This document shows, in pieces, positions 13,481 to 26,874 of a stretch of 64,000 nt of DNA; positions within the stretch are counted from its first letter, which is position 1, and every line of letters begins with the position of its first letter. A program made the position numbers and the translations under genes. The notes under the pieces are model-generated. The model did not search any database and was not told where the DNA came from. It saw nothing but the letters and a program-made list of their open reading frames with translations. The DNA lies in the NCBI RefSeq assembly GCF_009914755.1, contig NC_060930.1. One strand, 5' to 3'. This DNA is from the human T2T-CHM13v2.0 reference genome, Homo sapiens.

Positions 13481-16400
13481 GGAACAATGCCACGGGAACA
13501 CACACAACGGGGAGAACGCCATGTGAACACACAGAGGGGAGAACGCCAGGTGAACGCACATGGAGGGGAGAACGCCGGGTGAACGCACACAGGTGGGAGA
13601 ACGCCAGGAGAACGCACACAGAGAGGAGAACGCCGGGTGAACGCACACAGTCGGGAGAATGCCGGGTGAATGCACAAAGTGAGGAGAAAGTTGGGTGAAC
13701 TCACAGAGCTGGGAGAACGCGGGGTGAACGCACACAGCGGGGAGAACGCCCGGTGAACGCACACAGGGGGGAGAACGCCCGGTGAACGCACACAGAGGGC
13801 AGGATGCCGGGTGAACGCGCACAGTGGGGAGAACGCCCAGTGAACGCACAGAGGGGAGAACACCGGATGAACGTACTCAGCGGGGAGAACTCCAGGTGAT
13901 CGCACACAGAGGGGAGAACGCCTGGTGAACGTACACAGGGCGATGCATGCACACAGGTGGGCGAACGCCGGGTGAACGCACACAGCGGGGAGAACGCGGG
14001 TTGAACGCACACAACGGGGAGAACGCCAGGTGAACGCTCATAGAGGGGGAGAATGCCGGTTGAACCACAGAGTAACAGAGTAGGGAGAACGCCGGTGAAT
14101 GCACTGGGTGGCGGGGCGGCGGGGGGTGTGGAGAACGCCACTTGAACGCATATGGGGGAGGACGCCAGGTGAACGCAAAAAGAATGGACAAGGCCTGGTG
14201 AACGCACAGAGAGGAGAATGCCACGTGAACACACACGGGGGAGAATGCCTCGTGAACGCACATGGGGGAGAATGCCTCGTGAACGCACACGGGGGAGAAT
14301 GCCTCGTGAACGCACAGGGTGGAAAACCCCGGGTGAAAGCACAGGAGGCAGAACGCCACGTGAACGCTCCCTGGGAAGAACTTCTGGTGAACGCAGGGGA
14401 GGAAGAACGCGGGGTGAATGCACAGTGGGGAGAACACCGCGCTAACACACACGGGTAATAACTCCACATGAACACACATGGGGGAGAACGCCGGGTGCGC
14501 GCACAGGGGAAAGAACGCCAGCTGAACGCACATCGAGCATGGAGTCCCAAAGTGATTATGACCTAAGCAGCCAGCCAGGGCTTTACCCTGATATGGAATC
14601 AACATTTTGTCCCTTGTCCCCCCAATTCCTGTGTTGAAATTCTAATCCCAAGGTGCTGGTATTAACACCTTGGGATTAGAATTTCAACACAGGAGAGAAC
14701 CTCCAGTGAGCGCACAGAAAGAAGAACGCCACAGGAACGCACAGTGGAGAGAATGCCATGTGAAGGCACAAAGAACGGAGAACGCTGCGTGAACGCACAC
14801 ACGTGGGGGAGAAAGCCAGGGGAACGCACAGAGTAAATAGAACGCAATGGGAACGCACAGGAAAGAGAACGCCACGGGAACACACCGGGGGAGAACGCCA
14901 GGAGAACACACTGAGGAGAGAACTCCGCGTGAACACAATGCGGGAGAACTCCAGGTCAACGCACGGAGAGGAGAACGCCTGCTGAATGCACGGGGTTGGA
15001 GAACGCCGGTGAACGCCGGTGAACGCACGGGGAAGAGAACGCCACGTGAACACACGGGGGAGACGCCGCACGAACACACAGAAGGGAGAATGCCGGGTGA
15101 ACACACACGGGGGAGAACGCCCACGCGAACGCACAGGGTAGAGAATTCCGGGTGAAGGCACAGGAGGGAAACGGCGCGCGAACGCTCAGCGGGGAGAACG
15201 CCTGGTGAATGCACGGGAGGGAGAAGGCCAGGTGAACGCACAGGGGGAAAATGCCGCGCTAAAGCACACGGGAAATAACGCCGAGCAAACACACAGGTGG
15301 GAGAACGTCGCACGAACGCACAGCGTGGAGAACGCGACGTGAACGCACACGGGGAAGAACACTGCGCGAACGCACAGCAGGGAGAACGCCACTTGAAAGC
15401 AAAGTGAGGGGAGAATGCCGCGTTGAACGCACAGTGGGGAGAACAACCCGCGAACTCATAAAGGGGAGAACGCAGCGTGAAAGCACACAGCGGGGAGAAC
15501 GCCTGGGGAACGCAAAGAGTAAAGAGAATGCCTTGGGAACGCACAGGAGAGAGAACGCAACCTGAACACACGGTGGGGGCTGGAGGAAGAACGTCGGGAG
15601 ATCACACAGGGAGGAGAACGCCAGGTGAACGCACAAGAGAAAACGCCTGGTGAACGCGCAAAGAAAGGAGAAAGCCAGGTGAACGCACAGGGAGAACGCC
15701 GCACAACCGCACAGGTAGGAGAAAGCCATGTGAACGCACAAAGAAAGGAGAACGCTGAGTGAACGCACACAGGGCCGAGAACGCCAGGGGAACGCACACA
15801 GTAAAGAGAACACCGAGAACGCCGTGGGAACGCACAGGAGAGAGAACGCCACGTGAACACACGAGGGAGAACGCCGCGGGAACACACAGAAGGGCGAATG
15901 CCCGGCGAACGCACAGAGGGGAGAACGCCAGGGGAACACGCACGGGGGAGAACGCTGCGCGATCACACAGCGGGGAGAACACCGGGTAAACACACACTGG
16001 GGAAAACACCGCGTGAACGCATAGAGGGGAGAACCCCGGGTGAACACACAGAGGGGAGAGCTCCGTGTGAACACAAAGGGAGGAGAACGCCTGGTGAGCA
16101 CACACGGGGAGAGAACACCGCGCGGACCCACAAGGGGGAGAATGCCTGGTGAACGTACAGCGGGAGGGGAGAACGCTGGTGAACGCACAGCGGGGAAAAC
16201 GCCATGTGAACGCACAAAGGAAGGAGAACGCCAGGTGAACTCATACAGGGGGTAGGAACGCCAGAGGAAAGCACACAGTAAAGAGAAGGCCGTGGGAACG
16301 CGCAGGGGAGAGAACGCCGGGAGAACACAGAGGGAGGAAAATGCCAGGTGAACGCACAAGGGGGAAAACGCCTGGTGAACGCACAAAGGAGAAAGCCAGG

Positions 16401-17315
16401 TGAACGCACAAGCAGCAGAACGCCAAGTGAACGCACGAGGGGAGAATGCTGCGCCAACACACACGGGAAACACAACCGCGCGAGCACGCAGTGGGGAGAA
16501 CGGCACGCGAACGCTCAGCAAGAAGAACGTAAGTTGAACGGACAGCGGGGAGAACGCCGCCCTAACACACGCGGGAAATAACGACGCGTGAACACACAGC
16601 AGGGAGAACGCCGCGTGAAAGCACAGGGGGGAGAACGCCGCGTGAATGCACACACGGGAAATAACGCCGTGTGAACACACAGCGGGGAGAACGCCGCGTG
16701 AACGCACACAGGGGAAATAACGCCGCGCGAACACACAGGGGGAAGAACGTCACAGGGACGCACAGTGGGGAAACGCCATGTGAACGCACAAAGAAAGAAC
16801 GCCACGTGAACTCGCACACGCGGGGAGAACGCCGGGGAAACGCACACAGTAAAGAGAACGCAGTTTGAACGCACAGGGGAGAGAACGCCACGTGAACACA
16901 CAGAAGGGAGAATGCAGTGCGAACACACAGAAGGGAGAACACCTGGTGAAGGCACAGAGGGGAGAACGCCGAGCGAACGCACAGGGTGGAGAATGCCATG
17001 TGAACGCACAAAGAAAGGAGAACCCCTGGTGAACGCACACAGGAGAAAGAATGCCGAGGAACGCACAGAGTAAAGAGACCGCCGTGGGAACACACAGGGG
17101 AGAGAACGCCACGTGAACACATGGGGAGAACGCCGCGGGAACACACAGAAGGGCGACCGCCTGGTGGATGCACAGAGGGGAGAACGCCAGGGGAACACAC
17201 ACAGGGGAGAACGCTGGGCGATCACACAGGGTGGAGAACGCCGGGTAAATACACACTGGGGAAAACGCTGTGCAATCGCATAGAGGGAAGAACGCCGGGT
17301 GAACACACAGGGTGC
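13450..17315. repeat. Large degenerate CpG-rich minisatellite, ~30-bp unit GGGGAGAACGCCGGGTGAACGCACACA(GA), two sub-arrays (13450-14530, 14690-17315)
   Basis: Continuous recurrence of GAGAACGCC and GTGAACGCAC half-units. T-poor plus strand. Roughly 120 units by length. Confidence 0.95.
14627..14694. repeat. Perfect inverted repeat, 29-bp arms, 10-nt loop
   Basis: TCCTGTGTTGAAATTCTAATCCCAAGGTG (14627-14655), loop ctggtattaa, then CACCTTGGGATTAGAATTTCAACACAGGA (14666-14694). Confidence 0.97.
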
Positions 17316-18444
17316 GTTCTTCCATCATGCGGCTGCGCCTGAGTCTCTGAGTCTACTCTGGCTTAGAAGGCTGCCTGATTCGCAAATTGTTTATTGCTCA
17401 ATTACATGCTTTTAAATTTAATTCAGCTGAAGTGTTTCTTTTCTCACGGCCCACCCACTAGATGTGGCTCTGTCACTGGTGCTGGCCAGTGGGGCGTGGA
17501 GGGACCGGTGTCCTTCCCAGCACAGACACAAGGAAGCGGCTGTGCCTTCTCCACACTCTTCTCCCTGACTCTTGGCTACAGCTGTAAACCCAGGGTTAGA
17601 TTCAGGGGCCTGTGACCTCCAATGGGAAAACAACTGCATTATTTGTACCTCATATTTAGTATTTCCATCAATTATGAGTGTAGGCAAAAAAGCACAGTAG
17701 CTTCAGCAGGACTGGTGTTTTGCTGGCAGTACAAAACATTTTCATATCCTATTCCTTGCTGTCTTGTGTTTTCTTTAATGTGTTAAAAAATCTTATTCTG
17801 AGACCATCAGGCCACTGGAAGGGGTTCATGGCACAAAAAAAGATGCAGCCCAGCAATAAGGTGAAAGAGAGATGACGGAGCCACTGGACACAAGAAGCCT
17901 TGCACCCTGAGTCACCCCGTGGAGCACTGACGAGCCTCGGCTCCTGATTCATTATGCGGAGTGCTGCCTAGTACCAGGAGCAACAGCACTGGACAGGGAC
18001 ATGAGTAAGAAATAAAACTTCCAGAGCGTGAAGCTAGTGAAATGATGGGATGTGTTTATCACAGGGCTAGCATCATCCTAACCAGCATGGAGACATGCGG
18101 GGCTGTGAACGGGAGCCTAGAGCTGCAAATTAGACAAGCCTGGGCCAGGAGACCTTTTGCAGGCTGCAAAGCTGCTCTCTCCTTTGCCTCCTCTGTACCT
18201 CAAAGGACCTGGGGTGGTGAAGGGAGTTGTGGGCCGACCTGAGTCAGCCTGAACAGGCTGTTCCTTCAGCAGATTCCTCAAGCTCTGCCCCGGCCCCTTC
18301 CTCGGCCCACCCCAGCTTGCCCTCCAAGGGGTATTATCACTGTGACCCTCGTCTCCTCCTCCTGTTCAGGCTTTGCCTTGGCAGCGCAGCAGTGCCCCTC
18401 TGCAAAGGGGTCTCGCATGCTGTTCAGCAGCTCTCTTCCCGCCA

Positions 18445-19816
18445 CAGCGATGGGCAGCCGGATCCCAGCTGGAACTCCGCCACATCCCAGGAATGTGAAT
18501 ACCAGTGGAATCCGGATAGGACGGTGTGACCCAGGCACAGTGGGTGAGAACCGGAGCTTGGCTAGCAGGCAGGGGTTCAGCTGCTTCCTGACCTGTGCCC
18601 TGGCACCTCTGACCTGGCCGGAGCTTCTCAGGCAGTGACCACTGCTGAAACTTTGAGACCCCAACATGTGTGGGAGCATTTCTAAGCCTTCCTTGCATGG
18701 ACACACTCCTCCCTAACGCTGTCCCATTTTCCAGACAGGGTCTCACCCACCCCGCACTGCTGCCCCCAGTGCTTTGATTCAGCCCCTCAGCTGTGAATGG
18801 AGTTGGTTCCTCATATGAGATCTCAATAAGACTATGGTGGGAGTCGGCGTAGAGCAGGGAAAGCCTGGACTTTCTGCCAGAAGGTCGGGGTGGGGCAGTG
18901 CAGGCCACGGCACCTCCCGGCTCTGTGCACAGGGTGGGCCACCCCAACCCGGCTCCTCACACTTCACGGCATGCAGCAGCCTCCTGGGCCCTGGGAACAT
19001 GCAGACTCTGAGCAGCAAGACTGCGCAGGACCCGACATTTGCATTTCTAAACAGCTCCCAGGGGACGCCAATGCTGCGGGCTGAGGCCCACGCTGGAGGA
19101 ACACCGGCCAGTGGGCAGCTTTGGGTGAACTTCAGAGTGGGTGGAAGCGCAGCTGCCCCGCCTGCCCCCACGGCTGCTGCGCGATCAGGAAACACAGCAC
19201 ACTCCTAAGTGAGTCGTCACCATGGTGACTTTTGGATTCCCACTGCCAGTTCCTGTGGAGTCAGAGAGATCTTAGCTCAGAAGTGCTGACAGCAGGGGCT
19301 GGCTGGCCACTGGCCACATGGGAAGAGGAGAAAGGCAGCAGGAGCCACCGTGAGGCAAATGAGCTACAAGACGCCGCTCCGTCTGATTTCCCGCCACAGC
19401 TCCCAACACAGGTGAAATGGCTCAGAACAGCTCAGCATGTCCTACTGAGGGGCAGGAAGGATGCTGAGAAAATCCCAGGCAGCGGTCTCAGCTGGGATGT
19501 AATTTGAGGGCGAAAAAGTTGTGTTGCTTGCGGTTTCTTCCTTGCTCCTTGCAGGTTATATTTGAAATGAATGTCAGAGCCATGCGGCCGCTGCCAACTA
19601 ATTCCCAGCTAAGAAGGTAAACACCAGCATCACCTGGGTCTTCTGGTCTACCTGATTCTGCAGCTCAGAGGGAACCATGCAGCTGGCAAAAATGACAGCG
19701 AGGGCAGGACTATGACCCAATTAAAGGAATGTGAGTTAAAACATGGGGAGCCAAACACCCAAATTCCAGCCTGATCCTAACTGTATGTAGGCATTAAACC
19801 CTTATGCTGTCATTCC
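18445..19816 (+). ncRNA. Candidate spliced lncRNA, position consistent with RPS6KA2-AS1 (boundaries approximate)
   Basis: Donor TAA|GTGAGT at 19208/9, pyrimidine-rich acceptor ttcttccttgctccttgcag| at 19554/5, ATTAAA at 19793-19798. The name and extent come from remembered annotation of the locus relative to RNASET2. Confidence 0.4.
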
Positions 19817-20260
19817 CACCACCGAGTAGAAAGTGTGGCACGTGGCTTTGTATCACTGTAAATATGATTCTATTTTACTGGCCTTCAGCCTCCCTCCTTT
19901 TGCTCACAGCCTTTACTGCAGGCAGCAGAGAGGGGCACTGCCTCCAGCACAGCCCAAGCGAGCTGGCTTTCCATGGAGGCTCGAAAGGGCTCCCTGTCTC
20001 CTGCACACTCACATGGCTTCTGCTGCTGGACACGCACATAAAAGCATGTTTGTGAAGCCTTGCATGGAATCCACAGCAGAGGTGCAAGGAGATCCAGGGG
20101 TCTTGACCTCCTGAGATTCTTTGGGGCGGCAGGGGTCGGGCGTTGTATAGCGATATTTACGTTTTTTCCATTCTGGAAACCACAGAGACAGTGGGAGGGG
20201 GAGATTCTCTGGTCAAGAAATGAAATAGAATGGAGAAGCAGAGAGAAGAGGAATGAGGAA

Positions 20261-20361
20261 GCTGGGTGGTACCAGGTCTCCCTGAAGAGGGATAGGGGGG
20301 CTGGGTGGTACCAGGTCTCCCTGAAGAGGGATGGGGGGCTGCGTGGTGCCGGGTCTCCCTG
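20261..20361. repeat. 39-bp tandem repeat, ~2.6 copies
   Basis: gctgggtggtaccaggtctccctgaagaggg at 20261 and 20300, degenerate copy at 20338. Confidence 0.85.
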
Positions 20362-20689
20362 TGCTCACAGCACCGTGTGTATCCCCTTCGAGTGCCATGG
20401 GAGGTGTGTGACTTCTCTGAAAGGCAGGAAGCGGCAGGGACCACATTTCTCCTGTCACCCGGGTATTCCCAACCCCTGGCTCACTGCTTCTCCCCCAGAG
20501 CAGGAACTCTGCAGACAGTTGCTGAATAAACAAGTGAACCAATGAATGAAATAAAGGTGAGACCCAATGGGAAATGCAAGAGTTGCCAGGAACAGCAGGA
20601 GGACCACACTCCTGGGAGATCTCCCACGCCATGAATTATACCACCACACACCCACACGCATGCTGCCCGCGCTGTGGAAGCATAGCACA

Positions 20690-21122
20690 ACCCTGTGTAT
20701 GGAGCACACACCCCCCCAGAACACAACTCCATGTGTGGGAGCACACTCCCTTCCAGAGCACAACTCTGTGTGTGGGAAAACACACCCCTCCGGAACACAA
20801 CTCCATGTGTGGGAACACCCCTCTGGAACACAGCTCTGCACTCACCCCTCCAGAACACAACTCTGTGTGTGGGAATACACACCCCTCCGGAACACAACTC
20901 CGTGTGTGGGAACACCCCTCTGGAACACAGCTCTGCACTCACCCCTCCAGAACACAACTCTGTGTGTGGGAATACACACCCCTCCGGAACACAACTCCAT
21001 GTGTGGGAACACCCCTCTGGAACACAGCTCTGCACTCACCCCTCCAGAACACAACTCTGTGTGTGGGAATACACACCCCTCCGGAACACAGCTCCGTGTG
21101 TGGAGCACTCACCCCTCCAGAG
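20690..21122. repeat. VNTR with 97-bp higher-order unit built from three related subunits
   Basis: cacccctccagaacacaactctgtgtgtggg recurs at 20843, 20940 and 21037 (period 97). Confidence 0.92.
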
Positions 21123-21669
21123 CTCCTGTACTTTTCCCTTTAGGCCATATAGGACGCTGGTCAAAGAATTTCCATCCAGGAACCAGCTAGGACTCCCAGG
21201 GTCTCTTCAGGCCTTTCCCACTGCCTTCCCATCATCCCCAGCAGAACACCCGTGGTCCTGCAGCCCCGCAGCCTGCAGTCACGCTCTGTCCTCCCACTCA
21301 GCAGCATGAGGGACAAATTGTAAATTTCTGCAGCAGGCCTTTGTTCCCGCCAGCACCGGGCTGTGTTTGCCTTTCCGTGCCTCGCATGCTTTCAGGCCTG
21401 AGTCCTCTGGCTTCTTTCCCCACACTCTCTCCTCTGACCACCAGTTCCCTGCCTCTAAGCTATTGCTGCAGGTTTTGCCAACGCTTCTTCCTTCTCCACT
21501 TCCTGCACCTTCGCATGTTCCTTGAGGCCTTGAACCCCTTTCCTATGCTGCCCACTCCTGTTCCCAAGTTGCACTGCCACCCCACCATCTCCACCCACCG
21601 CTGCTGCATGCCCTGTTCATTACCTGCTGATGTCATTGCTGCCACCGTCCACCCACCCTGAAGGCCCAA

Positions 21670-21800
21670 CCCGCTCTCCCCACCAACTCCTGATGCCAGC
21701 TCACCTCCCTGCCCGGCCCCGCTCTCCCCACCAACTCCTCAATGCCAGCTCACCTCCCTGCCCGGCCCCGCTCTCCCCACCAATTCCTCCTGCCAGCTTA
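21670..21800. repeat. ~49-bp tandem repeat, ~2.6 copies
   Basis: ccgctctccccaccaactcct...gccagctcacctccctgcccggccc repeated. Confidence 0.85.
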
Positions 21801-23087
21801 GCTCCCTGAGCAGCAGCCTTCAGCAGACACAGGGCTGGCTTCCACGCAGTGGTGAATTCATGAAAGGGGCCCTGTTCGTGCTTCTCTTGATCTCTTACCA
21901 CCTGGATTGGATGAAAATCTGCCTGGATGTCTTTATTACTGGCTAGTGAATCCTAACACATGGGCTTTCTGAGTATATCTTAATTTAATCCATCTTGCAT
22001 TTTGCCAATGGTTCCTCATAGTCAACCTCCGAATCAAGGTGGATATCTTTCTTAAGCTAAAACATGTAGAATAAAAGCCACTTTTATTCAGGAATTTTCT
22101 GAATGTTCCTCTCCGCTGAGGACCCCCACTCTGTCCCCTAACCCACACTCCAGGGCAAGACACCAGTTCCTTTCTCCCCACTCCTCAATGGCTTTCTCAG
22201 CTGTCGGACACTAGGTAAGCAGCTTCCTCAACGGCTCATCAGCAATGGACTGAGTATTACTAATTTTAAAATAGCCCTTGAATATTATTGATTCATGTGG
22301 TTTTTCTACGAAACACAAACTTAGCTGCACTGTGCTTGCCTGGGACTTCCTGTTTCATTTTGGCCCAGCATATCTCCCATGCAGAGCACATGAGAAACCC
22401 TTGTAAGATAATGAAGGCAAGAGGATGGGGACTGGGCAGTGTTGGTGGCTGCCTTTTGTGTCTGTCCTTGGTTCACCAAGCAGTCTATGGAAGACACGAC
22501 AGTCGGGGAGAGCTGGCTGGGGCCGGGGGCCTAGGTCTGAGTGTCTGCCTGACCGTGCACCTGCGGAACCTCTGGCAGGTGGCAGATTCTCCAATGACTC
22601 ACAAAGGAATCAGTGTCTCCTCACTGGGATTTCATTTGGAGTGAAACCAACATAAGATGGCACGCACACAGCAGAAGTGCCATGTATTAAACACCCATCA
22701 TGCCACAATTCTGCTTCCTCTGTCTCCTATTCAAGGGGCCTTCTATGGGAAGCCTTGGGGGAGTAAAGCAAACACTCCCTGCAATATCGCATCCACCATA
22801 GAAACCCCGAGAGGAGATTGCTCCGTGAGACCACGCCAGGGAAGGAGGATGCTGAATACAAGATTCCGTCCTCATCCATGGGCACAGAACTTTATCGGGA
22901 CCTGGGCAAACAGCTAGAGCTTTACACAGCATCGCGTGAGCTCTTTGAAGTGCAAACATTAGTGCAGCAATGTGATTTTTCTCTCCCGCTCTCAAGGACA
23001 TTCTCTCATGCCTTGCTGTTGGAGAGGGAACATTGCCTGCTCACTTAGCCTTTCCCTTGAACCGTTTCCTCCCTCCTCTGGGTGACA

Positions 23088-23131
23088 AGCTCTGCTCTGC
23101 TCTGCTCTGCTCAGCTCAGCTCAGCTCAGCT
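23088..23131. repeat. (CTCTG)n(CTCAG)n compound pentanucleotide microsatellite
   Basis: gctctgctctgctctgctctgctcagctcagctcagctcagc. Confidence 0.9.
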
Positions 23132-23869
23132 GTTTGCAGTGCGGCTTCTGGAGGCTCCCAGCAGACACCTTCCCTCCTGCCGGGACAGACACGTTCCACA
23201 GAAGTGCCCCTGTTCTCCCTGCCACAGCCAGCGTGGGAAGCAGGAGAGAGAAGAAAACGAATTGTTGTGAAAAGATGTTATCACAGCATCACAAAAATAT
23301 GGGATAAATGGAACTAGAAACACCACTATAGGTCAGCAAAGGAGGAGACCCATCAGTCCCCCAGCACGCCAGGAATGAAGCTTCTCAGGATGAATTCTGA
23401 AGCCTTGGAGGCCAGCCTTAGGCGGGTAACACCCAGGGCAGCCTCCTATCTTAACTCCACGCTAAGAATCAGGCTTTTCCCAGTCCTCTGAAGGGACTCA
23501 CACAGCAGATGATAGGGATGCAATGATCTGTGCATTAGCTGTTAGAGCACAACACGCATCCTCCTCTCTTTGGTCTTGTGCTTGCATTTTACTTTGGTGA
23601 GAATTTTAATACATAAATGTGCACATGAATGGAGTTTACAGATTGTAAAAGTGAAAACATTATAATGCTTTGAAGCGTGGTAAAATTTCCTTCCCTCTTT
23701 CTTCCCTCCCTCCCTTCTTCGTTCTAGGGTGTTAGGTTCCAGTGGAATGAGGAACTGACAGTGGAGGATGGCAGAGGCCTGGCAGGGCATGTCAGCACTG
23801 AGGGGGAGGTGGCACCCCCATCTGCAGGAGGGACAGCAGCACAGCTTGGTAACATACACATAGATCAAT

Positions 23870-25215
<1,346 letters not shown>

Positions 25216-25548
25216 AATACGGAATCAGGTGTCCAAGCATCTAGGGAAAGGTGTCATTCGACTAAGGGATGGGGCTGGGAGCGAGGCTTACTTGTCATAA
25301 CACACTTTGGTTTCAAATTTTGACTGTTTCCACCTATTCTGTTCATGTTGGTAGTAAAATCTGTGTCTGTACATACTTGTTCTTTCTTGGGAATGGAAGC
25401 CATCCAGGAAGCCCTGCATGAAACTGTATGTTATTTCTTCATCTTCGCCCCAAAAGGAGAACACCAGGAACAGCTCAGAGAGAGCCCAGGGAGGTCAGGT
25501 GTGTGGGCGCCTGCGTGCACCGAACAGACGATGTTGACTCACAGGGGA

Positions 25549-25920
25549 TGGATTAGTCAGGGTTCTCCAGAGAAACAGAACCAATAGGATGTGTGTGTGT
25601 ACAGGGAGATCAATCTATTTTAAGGAATTGGCTCATGTGATTACTAAGGCTGGCAAGTCCAAAATCTGTAGTTAAGCCCAAAGGCCGTGTGCTGGAGAAT
25701 TCTCTCTTGCTCGGGGGAGGTGAGTCTTGTTGTATTCAGGCCTTCACTGACAGGATGAGGCCAACCCACATTAGGGAGGGCTATCTGCTCCACTCAACTC
25801 CACTAACTGGAGTGCTCATCTCATCCAAGAGCACCCTCACAGAAACATCCAGAATAATGTCAACCAATTATCTAGGCACCCCAAACCCAGCCAAGTTGAT
25901 GCATAAAATCGGTCAGCATG
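25549..25920 (-). mobile_element. MLT2 (ERVL) LTR
   Basis: ttagtcagggttctccagagaaacagaaccaatagg ... cagccaagttga termini typical of MLT2. Confidence 0.8.
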
Positions 25921-26603
25921 TTGAATAGAATATCTAAAAGGAAAGTAGAACCATTTTTCAATTTTTCTGGGCTATATTTTTATGTTATAATTTCATTATT
26001 TTAATACAAATGTGTTAAACTGCCTGAACTTCACAGCTATGGCCAAATGCAAATGCAATGATATGTTCCCAACATCCATGTCACCACTTCCTGCATTACC
26101 AGGTATCAGAAATGGTCTAGTGACTCACAGCAGCAGAGAAGATAACACAAAAGAAGCAACTCGCCTGACCTCAGTGTAAAAATTAGCAACAAGTCTGTTG
26201 AAATTAAAATAAGTAGAAGACATACCACATTCTTAAGAGATTGACCAACCCTTTCTTAGGGAGATTGCTAACTAGAGAAACTCACTGATAAAGGAACAGG
26301 CATCCCATCAGACAGGAAAAGAGCAAAAGTTATCATGAAAGAGCAAGGCGAACTTCATAACACACCCCGGTTCTGCCGTCCGTTTGCTGATAACCCATTC
26401 TTTCTACTCCTCTGCACATCTGATTTTGATCACCACACTGTACACCGGGGTGGAGAGAAGTGACAGCATCACCAGCAACAGCATTCCGAGAAGAAGAGGG
26501 AAGAGCTTCTAATTTTATATTGAACAAGTCATAGTGTCTGAGTAAAAACAAGTTGCTATCTGCCTCCTGGTGATCACCTTAGAAAATCATCATCCATATT
26601 TTC

Positions 26604-26874
26604 TTTCTTTTTGAGACTCCAGCCTCTGTCACCCAGGCTGGAGTGCAGTGGTGTGATCTCAGCTCACTGCAACCTCTGCCTCCTGCCTCAGCCTCCCAAG
26701 TAGCTGGGATTACAGGCACGCGCCACCATGCCCTCCTAATTTTTTTGTATTTTTAGTAGAGACGGGGGTTCACCATGTTGGCCAGGCTGGTTTTGAACCT
26801 CTGACCTCAAGGGATCTGCCTGCCTCGGCCTCCCAAAGTGCTAGGATTACAGGCATGAGCCACCGTGCCTGGCC
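26604..26874 (-). mobile_element. AluS with small internal deletion
   Basis: Alu dimer, TSD atccatattttc on both sides. Confidence 0.9.

Noticed and set aside
13450-17315. CRISPR-like appearance of ~30-bp repeats
   Set aside because: Units are contiguous and degenerate with no unique spacers, there are no cas genes, and the context is primate genomic DNA.
13340-17342. Many long ORFs (up to 491 aa) over the minisatellite
   Set aside because: The repeat is T-poor on one strand and A-poor on the other, so stops are rare. ORFs are open in several frames at once and the peptides simply mirror the repeat unit.
20455-21309. Repetitive ORFs of 100-207 aa
   Set aside because: These are translations of the 97-bp VNTR in all frames.
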